DNA of 51,663 bases, the filler included, from Bipalium vagum (taxonomy: Eukaryota): the NCBI GenBank assembly GCA_037834085.1. It is 3 parts of 3 records of this genome, joined end to end, with 100 filler letters (N's around TTAATTAATTAA, not from the genome) between each part and the next. Parts side by side here need not be neighbours in the genome. Positions count along the whole stretch, not along the records: positions 1 to 18,547 come from JBBMKC010025815.1; 2 more parts are not named here. One strand, written 5' to 3'. A program made the position numbers and the translations under genes. Positions 1 to 11,241 of this stretch are shown here, one piece after another. Numbering within the stretch: position 1 is the stretch's first letter; each line of letters starts with the position of its first letter. Under the pieces are notes generated by a model. That model worked only from the letters and a program-made list of their open reading frames with translations, was not told the origin of the DNA and made no database searches.

Positions 1-72
1 AAAAAGTTATACTTTTAAAGTAAAAATTTATACTAATTAAGTAAAAAGTTATACTTTTAAAGTAAAAACCCT
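1..72. repeat. 21-bp tandem minisatellite (AAAAAGTTATACTTTTAAAGT-like), ~3.5 copies, truncated by window start
   Basis: Units at 1, 22, 43 and 64: aaaaagttatacttttaaagt / aaaaatttatactaattaagt / aaaaagttatacttttaaagt / aaaaaccct. Units 1 and 3 are identical. Confidence 0.8.
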
Positions 73-699
73 ATATTTAGAGGTCGAATTAATGTCTTAA
101 AAAACCCAGAATTAAACCTTATAAAAGTACAATAAATACTCAAGAGGTACTTTCTTTCCTCACTTTAGGATCAAATAAATCTCAATATTTTGTGAAGACT
201 TCGGAATCTCAACAGTATTAGGTTAATTCTTATAGTTTTTTCTAAGGCTTAACTAGACTAGTCGTTAAGAACTCTGATCTTTAAATGAGAATCATAATAA
301 AAAGTAAAAATAAAAAGTCTGGGAAGCATTATCATATGCTTTATCAAGGTCCTGTGCTGTTAGGAGGTTTCTGAGTGGGCCGGATTTGACTTAGCAAACC
401 ACCCTTTGAACCTGTCGTTACAAGTGGTGAGATTATCGTGATTTTGTTGTTTTTCTTTTAAAATTAATTGATATTTAATTTTTACTGACATTTAATTGAT
501 ATTTATATTTCATTATTTGACTTTAATTGATTATTATTCACGACATTTGATTTTAGTATGATTGAAAATTGTAACATTTGATTGAAGACATTTTTATTGA
601 TTATTTGATTCACTGCGTTTGTTATTTTAGTAATAAAGTGTTGTTCTTCTTTGTTTTGATTTATTCTTTTTCGTACACGTATTGAAAAAAGTGAAGTAG

Positions 700-1290
700 T
701 CAGTAAAATTTGCAAGCTAATAGTAAATAATAGTGTAACAGATTTAATGATGGAGATAAAGATAAAGATGATCATTGAAGAAAATCTTCCATCTCCAAAG
801 ACGATTTAAAGACACTGGCTGAAACTGATCCGCGTACAACTGTTTGAGAGCTTAGCTGTGCACTAATTGCTTCAGCTATGACTGTTTCCAACCATCTGAG
901 AGAAATAGTAAATTTGATAAAAATGTTTCACACGATATGACATAAAACCAAAAATTATGTCGTTCTGAGGTGTCGTCAGCACTTCGTTCCGCGGAACAAA
1001 AATTAACATTTCCTTGATCGCATTTTGGCAAGTGAAAAGAAATGGATCTTGGATGACAACCGCCACTGTTCTAACCGTTATAAGCCTCCTAAACCAACAG
1101 AAGATTTGTGACTGTTTTGTGGTATTCCACTTCTTTGATCCATTATACATTCTTGAAATGTGATCAAATAATAATCGAAAAGTATTGTGTAGAAATCGAA
1201 GAAATTTATCAAAAACTTAAGTGCACCTATCCAGTCTTTGTCAATAGAAAAGGCCCATTGCTTCTCCATAATAACACCAAACGTACATCG
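700..1290 (+). mobile_element. Degenerate mariner transposase relic
   Basis: Frameshifted and stop-interrupted peptides DDLKTLAETDPRTTV*EL...TVSNHLREI, FLDRILASEKKWILDDNR and IIEKYCVEIEEIYQKLKCTYPVFVNRKGPLLLHNN. These correspond to the mariner HTH, (T)GDEKW and LLHDNA regions. Confidence 0.85.
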
Positions 1291-1610
1291 CGCAGTCTAA
1301 CGCCCCCCCCCAAAAAAAATGAAACTAGTGTGTTATTGAAATTCTACTTCACTCAAAAATTTGGATAATTTTTACTGCAGTTACTTCAAATAATCTTTCA
1401 TCATATATTAGATAATTTGAATTAGAATATTTTAAAAATATATTTTTATTTTCTTTAACAGTTAAAAATACATTTTGCTTATAAATAACGAATTATCCAC
1501 AGTTGATGATATTATTGCCTTTAATAACAGATTTATTTAAATTTAATAATAATTTAATTTTAATTAATAATTATTATACTAATTTAAATTATTTTTAACT
1601 TTTAAATCCT

Positions 1611-1945
1611 CACATCCCCCTTTTTAAATAATTTATTTATCTTTTCAATGTTTCTGTCTATTTTCTTTTCACCCGTTCTGTCATCTCGTAACATCTGTCA
1701 TAGATCTTCTTTTTGATTTCGAAAAGCTCCTTGTAACAGTCTTGATCTTTGGTTCTAAGTTCTTTTCTAATCATGACTACATCTCCGACTGTGAACTTCC
1801 TTCTGGTTTCTTGACTTCTCAACTCTCGTGATTGTTATGTGATTTTCTGAATGGCTTCCTCTCTATCTATTTCATTCCTACTGAACCATCTCTCTCTATT
1901 TATTTTCAGACTCAAAACTAGCTCCGCCTGACTAAGATGTGTTGT
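1611..1945 (-). mobile_element. Ty3/gypsy-type LTR retrotransposon remnant: integrase C-terminus, polypurine tract and LTR start
   Basis: The minus strand reads ...RRKFTVGDVVMIRKELRTKDQDCYKELFEIK, like the F.VGD.V / GPY-F region of gypsy integrases. It is followed by AAAAAGGGGGA (1625-1615) directly abutting TGTGAGG (TG at 1614), the canonical PPT-LTR junction. Confidence 0.6.
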
Positions 1946-3091
1946 CTTATGTACAGATGCGTTTAAAGTATACTCGATTTCTGATAAAATTTCTGCACAA
2001 TCGGTTTTTTTCTATTATATCTTTTAAAATTGCGTTTACATACTCTCTAATGGTACTAAATTTTCGTTTAACGATTCCATTTGTATTACATATAAAATAA
2101 ATGTCAGCAGATTCAAAATGATTCATGAAAGGAACAATATTCAAAATCCAACTGAGAGATAAAAACTTGAAAGAGCAATTATAAAATTGTAAAAATAATA
2201 TTTTTTTATTATATTCAATATTATTTTCTCTTAAATATTTTGTTATTGTGTTTGGATTTATACCATATTTTTTAGAAAATGAATTTATACAATTTTTATA
2301 AAATCATATTCTTTTAATAATATTATTAAACTTTCTTTTTCCATTTTTAACATTTTTTATGATACGGTAAGGTAATATGGTAAAGTAACGTATAGAAATA
2401 AGGTAAAGAAAAGTATAGTTTTATAGCAATTAATTTTTTGACTTGGGTGTAGATCTGAGTCTTATAATATTGAAATCATTAACAATTTTGTCAAGTATCT
2501 TATTAATATCTTGTTGTCGTGGTTAGCCAAATGGGACTCAGATAAAAATAAATATTATCTTCTTCAATCTTTGAGATAATGTCATCACTATAATTTTAAA
2601 TCTAGCCTGTTTTCTATTTTATTTGAGTTTTACTTATTTAAATTTTAAATGAATTTTATTAGTTAGGTCTATGAGATTATCTATAATTAATTTAATTTGC
2701 ATCCCAATATATAAAATGATATTTGAATATTTTAATTAATAATATTTTTTTGTCGACATTGTAACGAATTTAATTTAAGTAACTATTGTGATCAATTAGA
2801 ATTTTATGATAGTAACTCTATTTTACAATTTCAATTTTAATTTAGTTTGAGTTATTATTCATTTTGATGAACATTTTTCGAACATAAATGTTATCATTGC
2901 AATTCGTAATACTGAGATAAAATCAAAAATCTTTAAATAAATAAAGCAAGGAAATAACATATTTTACATTTAAATTTATGATTACTTTATAATAAGTGAT
3001 ACCAAAAATGTAACTTGAAATAAAATATATCATTTACTAAAATATTGTTTTAACTTAAAAATTTATTTATTTGAGAGATTTGATTTTTTAA

Positions 3092-6000
3092 ATGACATCA
3101 GCTAAAAAAGGTGTGAAACTCTTTCATTTACCTTTTAATTTGTTTGGTTTTATTACTGTGTCATTTCCACTATTTGGTTTACTCATATGTTTTCTGACCA
3201 GTTCTTATAATCAGTTTGATAAAATCAACGAAATAGTTTGTGGTGTAAATATTATTTTTAGTTTTCTCTAATAAATAACATATTTATAGGTAAAGAATTT
3301 TATTCCATCGATTAGTGCAATAACAGGAACCGCACCACAAAGATACATATGGCGGGTATTAATTGCACTGCATAGTGCACCACGTTTTTTAATTGCATGC
3401 GTTCATTATAATTTTTATAATAGTCAAATAGACAAAATTCCTGTGGAGAAGTGTCAAAAATTTTTATTCATTGTCAAATTAAATTTTGTCATAAATATTA
3501 TTGAAAATTTTAGTTTAATAGGAGTTTCTTATATTCCTAGTATTGATAATTACCGTAAGAATCTCTTGTATTTTTATATTTAGCTGCTTTAAATATCAAT
3601 TTTATTTAACTAAAAAATAAAATCCAAGCCAGATTATAATAAGTGATTTTTTTTTCATAAATATTTTTGTATCAGTGGTTCTTTCAAATCAAACTCTTGT
3701 GAGACTGGTGATTTTTTTAAATGAAACATAAAGTTCATTGTAGCTAAATTTGATCTAAAAGGACTATATTTCTCAGTTGAAATTATAAAAATTAATTAAA
3801 CTCCTCTTAATCGGCTTCCTTATTTGCTTGTGCTTAATAAATGTCTCAATTTTCTTAAAATGTTGATACAATTAATTCCTATCTTGTACATTAATCTTCC
3901 GAAACGTCCAATAGTACAAATACAAAATTTCTCTTAAATTAAGTCCTGTCAGATAAATTTCCTTTGAAATTAGTGTTTGGATTATATTTTCTATGTTTAA
4001 TCTCCTATTATCAATCGATAATAGAGAAATCTTCTGTATCACAGTGAAAACAGTTTAAAAATTGTGACTATGTTAGTCATTTGGTTTTCACCCACTTATT
4101 ACTCAGAAAGTTGAATTTTATTAGAAATTATTCAACAATCTTACGTTTTGTTATTTCTGCCCCATACTTTATCCACTAGTCAATGAATTTCATACTCTGT
4201 ATCATTTTTTCCGTTATTGATTAGCAAGTGATTTCCTTATTTACTTGCTTCGATTTTTAAACAATTTCAAATCAAAAATGACCTTCAATCAGAGTCGGTA
4301 AATGTTTATTGATTTAAAGAATAACAACAAAAATTCCCTTTATTTTCTTTGCACATGTTTTAAATATTTAAGTTGTTTCATTAATAATATTTAACCACAG
4401 TAACTGTTTCAACTTTCAATGAATTATTGACACATCTTCCATATATGTGATTTTGTGAGAAATGAGTTAAATATTTTCTTTTTACATTTGGATTGTCTTT
4501 TTTACTTGTAAATGACGAAACGAGTAAAAACTCAATCGATTCTCACGCGTTTCACCAATTTTTCTCTCAGTTCAATGCACCGAACTATGTATTTTTAAAA
4601 ATATTTAAAGTGGCTCCAAGCAAAAATTATTTTCGCGTTAATTTTTTCATCGACAATATTTTCAGCGTTACACGAAAAAATCTTTATAATATTCATGGTG
4701 ACTTCGTGTGTGTACATGGCGATGACGATTTATCTCTACAGATTATCTCATGGAAATCAATCCAACTGGTCGATGCTGGTGAGTGAAACTCCTTAGTTTT
4801 TTTGTTTATTTTGTTTTCATTTTAGGAACACGTTTCTTATAGATTCAAAATTAATTTTTTTATTTTAATACTAATATGCACCAGTGGTCTCATTTATTTC
4901 ATCGTTATACACAGAATTTATTGCACCCCTAATGGTTTGGCTTGATTGTTTTAGTTGTTTGAAATTATTAGCAATTTTCACCCTGATCTCTCAAAATCGT
5001 TTTTTAAGTTAAAATAAGATCGGAATTTGGTGTACTTTTGGATTGATGTTTTAAGAATTTATCACCTTATTTTCATTGGTTGGAATCGTATTTTTGACAC
5101 TTCTCAAATATCAATAAAGTATTTTAAGTGGATCGTAACAAGAGTTAAGTACTTGTGATTTCGTAATTACAATTGAATCATTGATCAGAGAAAAATCGAA
5201 CCGAATTGATTGGAATTGGGATAAGAAAATTTAAAATAGGAGTCAAATTTAGTTTTAATCCCACTTATCAACCTAAAATTTTTGCACAATATAAATAATT
5301 CTTCCTTCTACTAAATATAAAAAGATTAAAGTTAACGTGCAGCACTGAAAATTTTTATTAAAATTAAAACACACCTATATCATCCGAACAATTTTACTGA
5401 ATTTTTAAAATCTTGTATATTTACCTTTTGCTTTTAAAACAGCCTGAATTCGGCTTGGCATACTTTCAATTAGTGATGAACACTCTTCTTTTCTAATATT
5501 ATTTATATATTTGTTTTAATTTTACTAAAAATTATAGGTTGTTAGGAGTTGTTAAAGTTTAAACTCAAAAATGAAAAACATCCGAACAATTGTTTGAGTC
5601 AGTGTAGTAGCTGCTTATTATCTTAACAATTGAATTTTCCGTCAGATTTTCAATTTATTTAATTAATTATGAAATGTAATCAGTCAACTATTAAGTAAAT
5701 TATAGATTAAAATATTATGCATTTATAACAATTAAAATGAATGATTTATTTAAGTGTTGTTAATTGTTAAGTTAACATTAGGTTGTTCCATAAGTAATCT
5801 ACCATTTTGTAATGAAAAGTTTATCATTAAAATATATTTATAATCATTTTGATATCAATCTGTAGCTCTTGTTCATCTTAATCCGTTTTTTATCATTACG
5901 TTAAAAATATATAATTTTAAATTTTAAAAATTATAATTTATGATGAAAATGGAGTGAAAGCATCGGAGGTCTTTAGAGTAATATGAGAAATTGCTTAGAC

Positions 6001-8632
6001 AAACTAAATTGAAATATTTTAAACTTATATTTATTACAATATAGTATTTAAACATATAAATGCGAAAGATACATACCGAAATCAATTTCCACTCCAAAAT
6101 AACCGAAAGTTCGATTTCAGTTTGCCCATGAATGTCTGGACATCCGCTTGGCTGCAGTTATTTGCTTAATTACGCCATTTATGTCTGAACTTTTTAAGAT
6201 TGACTGTTTTAAATTTCTTTCCTTTGATCTTAGATTTTATATTGGCTCAATAGCATTCGATTGGACGTAATTTAAGACAATTTGGAGAAATTTATTACAA
6301 GCAATTGTGAAGGTTTTATTCTCTCTCCTTTGCGATTATTCTCACAGCTCGTTAAAAATGTGAATTCTGGTACTTTATTTTTTGAATTAAAATTAAAAAT
6401 ATGAGATCGGATTAAAAAAAATAATTAAGTTTAATTAAAAGCCTTCAATATTGATTTTTCTATTTGAAAATATCTCTAATATAAAGTGCTTCTAGTTGAA
6501 ATCTTAATGAAAGGTAGAATTTTATGATTTAGCACACATTGGTGACCTGATGAATGAAATAAACAACCTTTAACACAATGGAATAATTTTGAAAATATAA
6601 TCACGTCCTCTGATTGATTAAATAACTCGTGTTTATACTTTGTAAAGGTTACTATGTACATTTCATTATATTCATACTGTAATTACCCAAAAGAACATGA
6701 TTATATCGTTCCTTAAATTTTAAATCTGTGCTGATTTGTTTGATTTTTATCAGTTTTTCGCATTGGTAATACATTTTTGTATATTTTCGGATGTCAGAGT
6801 CTTTGAAACGATTCTAAACTCTTCGTTGAGTTTTGGTTATTATTTAGAAAAGCTGGTTAATAAGGATGGATTTTCAAATAGATTTATCAAAAACAGTTTT
6901 TTAAAAAGTTCATTCTATCTTACACTTTTCTATTCTTTCGAATTGTTTGTGAATATCATCTCAATTCAACTTTCCCTGTTTTGAAGTCAACTAATTCGTC
7001 GGCTGCGCCAATTTGTAATCTGAAGTTTCAAAATACAGTAAATTCTTCACTGGCAAAATATTTTAGAAAACCTCTAATTCCTTTTTGCAGTATACGACGG
7101 TGTGTTTTCAAGACCCAAAGATATTTTTTCATGTTTTAGTTTCTTAGTCGTCAGAATTTATGGTTTTAGTTACTTTTGAAGTTTATGATATGACACATAG
7201 TATAGTATTTCTTTCCAAAGTAGTTTCGTTTTGCAGTCTGTTTTGACAAATGATCCCATTCAACATTCTCTGAATAAATCATCTTTTCCTTTGTTCAGAA
7301 ATATAATTAAAAGGAAATTTTAGATTGAGTTAACAAAAAAAACAATTTCACTTGAAATTGAAGTAACCAGGGTCCTGAATTCAGGTACCTGAATCAACTA
7401 AGAATTTTTTATTGGGTCATCCATGACGTATCGGCAAACAATTGTTTAATATTCTTCAGACAGCATTCAAGAAATTTCTGCTTCAAGCAATATTCAAAGT
7501 ATTTCTGAAGTTTTCTCAACTCTGGGAAACCCATTAATAAGAATAAGGCATCAAATTAGAGTTTTCTCAGAGTTAAGATCTCAGTCGCTGCCTCATCAAC
7601 GCAAAAACTAATCTTTTCAAGCATGATTATCAGAAGAAAAAATTGCTGTACGTTGACTTCTTATCTGAGATAACCAAAAGAAATGCAACAAGCCTATTAG
7701 AGCAAAAATGACTAAAATATTTTAATTATTATAAAGAATTAATTATAATTTCCTATGATTATTATTATTATTAGTAGTAGTAGTAAATATTATTATTATA
7801 TTTATTACGATTTTGAGAATGAGAACCCGTTAAATTATTAAGGTGAATTGAGTTTACTTTGGTTTTAAAATTATGATCTTCATCTTGAAAGAGCTTAAGT
7901 TGATATTTACAAGTTATAAAAGGTATACTATAGTCATCATATGGATTATAAGTATAATGTACTTTTTAAAATTAGTTTTCTTCAAAATGATAAATTAAAA
8001 GTTGCCTCAAATGATCTCTTTTACAATGGTTATTCCTAAAAGTATTTATAATAATACCACCTTCAAGACATTTGAAATATGAGAATCGTGATATTTGAAA
8101 TCAGTTGTGTAAGTACATTCATTTAATAACATTTTCATTTTTAACAAAAGCATACCCTGTTAACATTTACCAGAATTATGAGGAAGTGTGTGATTCATTA
8201 AATAAAACTTCAATTTGATCATTTTTGGTCGAAGGAAATAATTTATTTAAAAGAATTTAAAATTAAAACCAATCTAATAAATATTTCCGAAAATCTAATT
8301 GAAAAAGTTAATATGCAGCTTAAAACTTTTCTCCCGAGAAAAGAAGAAATTTTAAAGCCGTTAATCATTTACAGAATATTTTTTCTTGAAAGTTGCTAAT
8401 AATTTCAAACAATAGCAGAAGGTATGTCTTTTAACTGTTATTGATTTTTTTGTGCCTTTTAGCATTTAGCTGGTTTTCAGCATGTGAATACGGAATCGGA
8501 ATGTCTAATATGGGGTTTCATCTCAGTGCCTCATTAGACTTTAAGGACTATTCATTTCACTTTTCTCCGGATATCCTTGAAGAAAACCACCGCGACAAAG
8601 ATGGAATAAGAGAAAAAAATAAAATTTTTTAA
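3092..8632 (+). CDS. PGAP2: Post-GPI attachment to proteins factor 2 (Frag1/DRAM/Sfk1 family), 5 exons, 269 aa
   Basis: Exons 3092-3244, 3290-3554, 4666-4778, 4826-4934 and 8463-8632; all introns GT-AG, phases consistent, 810 nt in total. Motifs: CGVKNFIPSISAITG..PQRYIWRVLIALHSAPR, NYPLHEKIFIIFMVTS, SYRFK..HRIYCTP, AFSWFSACEY..SNMGFH. Confidence 0.93.
5381..5604 (-). mobile_element. Internally deleted Tc1-like element in PGAP2 intron 4
   Basis: The minus strand gives NNIRKEECSSLIESMPSRIQAVLKAKGKYTRF*, the typical Tc1 C-terminus (L..SMP.R..AV..AKG..T.Y). A Tc1-type terminus ...GAGTCAGTG|TA lies at ~5604, and the 13-mer CATCCGAACAATT occurs at 5381 and 5579. Confidence 0.75.
5778..5975 (+). 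mobile_element. Orphan mariner 5' end (TIR plus leader)
   Basis: TTAGGTTGTTCCATAAGT resembles the TTAGGTTGTTC/TTAGGTGGTTC termini of the mariners at 45098 and 10186. No transposase body follows. Confidence 0.4.
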
Positions 8633-10185
8633 TTAATTTTTTGATTTTCTAAGGCTTTAAATATTTGCTAATAAAATTTGACTATTTTATATAAAAATAC
8701 ATATATGTTCTTGTTTTGTGTAGCGATGGACGATTACATTAAGTTTATTGTACAATTAATGATTGTGTAAATAACTGATTTTTGTTCATATTTTTTATAT
8801 TTAATATTGATTTTAAAATATTTTTTGCGTTGTGAAATGGTTTAACTTTAATTACCCATTAGATTAGATTATTTTTGTATGACCTTCGAAAATGTATTTT
8901 AATCAGTCCGATAATAATAATAGTAATTATAATAATGATAAAACATGTAAGATTTTTTATTTGGAAAGAACTTAATAATATTTTTTCAATAATATGAATC
9001 ATATATATTACCCTCGATCATTTTATGTTAAAAATCTTTTGGGATAACAATTTATTTGTGAAAATGTAATGAATGTCGTGGGTATGAAAATGTTTTTTAA
9101 TTATTTAATATATTACTTCTAATGAAATAAATCTGTTTTGTGTTCTTAATATATCGAATTTTTTAATTAAATTTCAGAGTTTCAATTTCCTTTTGAGTAA
9201 TGATTAAACCTGTTTTTTGTTTCCTTTTGTATATCGTTTTGTATTTGAATAAGATATTGATGAGAATGAATTCATTTTTGTTTTGACTTATTAAATACAC
9301 ATGTTAACAACAAATAAAACTTTTGATGACAAAGAAAAAATTATGATAACATTGTTCAGTGATAATTTTACTGATTTAATTATTCAGATTTTTGAAATAG
9401 TTAAATATTTATTAAAATAATTATTTGCGAAAGAATAAATGGTATACATTTGAAAATGAATTATTTAATAATTATTCAAAAATTTATAAACAACTTGATT
9501 ATTAAAGAAAATTCTGTACATTCAAACCAAATAATCAGAAATATATAAACACCGAGTTACCTCGAATGCTATTAGTAGACCATTGTCTCAAATAACACTG
9601 AAATGATATCAATATCCAGAGAACATACAGTTAATTTAAATGACAAAAATGTTTACGATATTATTAATATTTTACTAAATTTTTCTTATATTTTAAAAAT
9701 TAAAATAATCAGATCAAGTTATTTACCTTAATTACCTTAAACTTATCTCTATAATCTTTTCGACCCTTATATCAATTCATGTTTTCTTTCCTTTTTACTT
9801 TTCACTTACATTTCAGTATTTAACTTTTTAATATTTATTTTAGCTTACTCATTTTTCTTTGTTTCTGAATATTTTATATTTTCATAATTTTAAACAATCA
9901 TAATATTGTTGGGTTTGCCCAAAACACCCACCCGTCCCAAATGAAAAAATGTAAAGTTGTGTTTAAACTATTAAGAAAAATATTTGTGAAATTGTGCACA
10001 AAATGACAAAAATAATAATAAGAATAATAATTTTAGCTAATTAAAAAGGAAAAAAGCCAATAAATTATTTTTGGATCTAATTTTGACAATGGCGAACTTA
10101 AATTTCCAAGATTATATCAGTGTCCGCAAGAGGGACCGGTTTAGGATTAATGATCCTAAAAGGTAATTGATATTTCCCATTAATA

Positions 10186-11008
10186 TTAGGTGGTTCGGAA
10201 ATAAATTAGTGTTTTATATAAGGCAACTGTCGATGATTTTATTGTATTAAAATACGTATGAATGGCATCATATGATATTCCAATTAATGCTTAGATGATA
10301 AGGATTCATATTCTATATTAATTTGTTTTACTGCTTTAAATAAAAGCATATTTTGGTACAGTTTTAAAAATGTTAACAAACCAGCAAATTAGAGCACGAA
10401 TTTGCGAATTAAAACTTGGAAATTTTGCGGCATATGCAACCAGAAATATAAACAGAGTTCTTGGAGATGGTTATGTAGAAAAATCAACTACCCGTTGGTG
10501 GTTTGCCAAATTCCGTCTTGGAAAATTTGATCTCACTGATGCAGGGGGTCATGGGCAGAAAAATTCAGTGGACAATGATGATTTGAAGACAATTATTGAA
10601 TCAAACGCACAGAGATTTATCCAAGCAATTATCAGTATCTATTTCAACTGTTTCTCAACACCTAAAGGAAATTGATAAGGTTAAAAAGTTAAATAAGTGG
10701 ATACCGCATTTATTAACGGATTATCAAAAACAAATGAGATATGATATCTGTTCAAAACTGATTCAAAGAAATAAAAATAATCCATTTTTGCGCAGAATAA
10801 TTACGTGTGATGAAAAATGGATCTTTTACAATAACCGTAAACGTCCATCTGAGTGGGTAGATCGTGGTTCAGTTCCAAATTATTCTCCAAAACCAAGTTT
10901 GCATCCAAAAAAGATTTTGATATCAGTTTGGTGGTGTCAGGCTGGTTTTATTTATTACGAATTCCTAAAAAAACGGTGAATCAATAACATCAGATGAATC
11001 AATAACAT
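10186..11008 (+). mobile_element. 3'-truncated mariner element, frameshifted transposase (ORFs 10370-10675 and 10596-10979)
   Basis: TA|TTAGGTGGTTCGGAAATAA 5' terminus. HTH region IRARICELKLG..ATRNINRVLG..RWWFAKFRLGKFDLTD, WIPHLL (WVPHEL motif), RIITCDEKWIFYNN and LHPKKILISVWW. It stops before the HDNA and YSPDL motifs. Confidence 0.93.
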
Positions 11009-11241
11009 TAGAAAAATATTTTTGAAATTAAAATTATGACAATTAATGTAAGACAATTTAAAAACTTAAAAAGGTCTTAAGTAAAATAAACATTCTTATA
11101 TCCAAATATTTAATAACATTGAAATAATTATGAAAATACTGAAATTGCAATTGATTTTGTTTAAATTTCTTATGTAAATAGAAATATTTTAAGAAATAAA
11201 TTTTAGTCTGCCTTTTTTAATTGATATTTAAATTTTTTAAC

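Noticed and set aside
340-435. GC-richer patch with GGTTCAAA (B-box-like) on the minus strand as a tRNA or SINE
   Set aside because: No cloverleaf or A-box could be built.
872-1269. Minus-strand ORFs of 92 and 63 aa
   Set aside because: They are antisense to the mariner relic. The same applies to 38438-38686, 45972-46169 and 50788-50997.
4493-4786. 97-aa + ORF as a separate gene
   Set aside because: It overlaps PGAP2 exon 3 (4666-4778) in a different frame.
6060-7720. Coding-like decayed blocks in PGAP2 intron 4 (possible hAT remnant)
   Set aside because: Many stops and no motif I can name with confidence; left unannotated.
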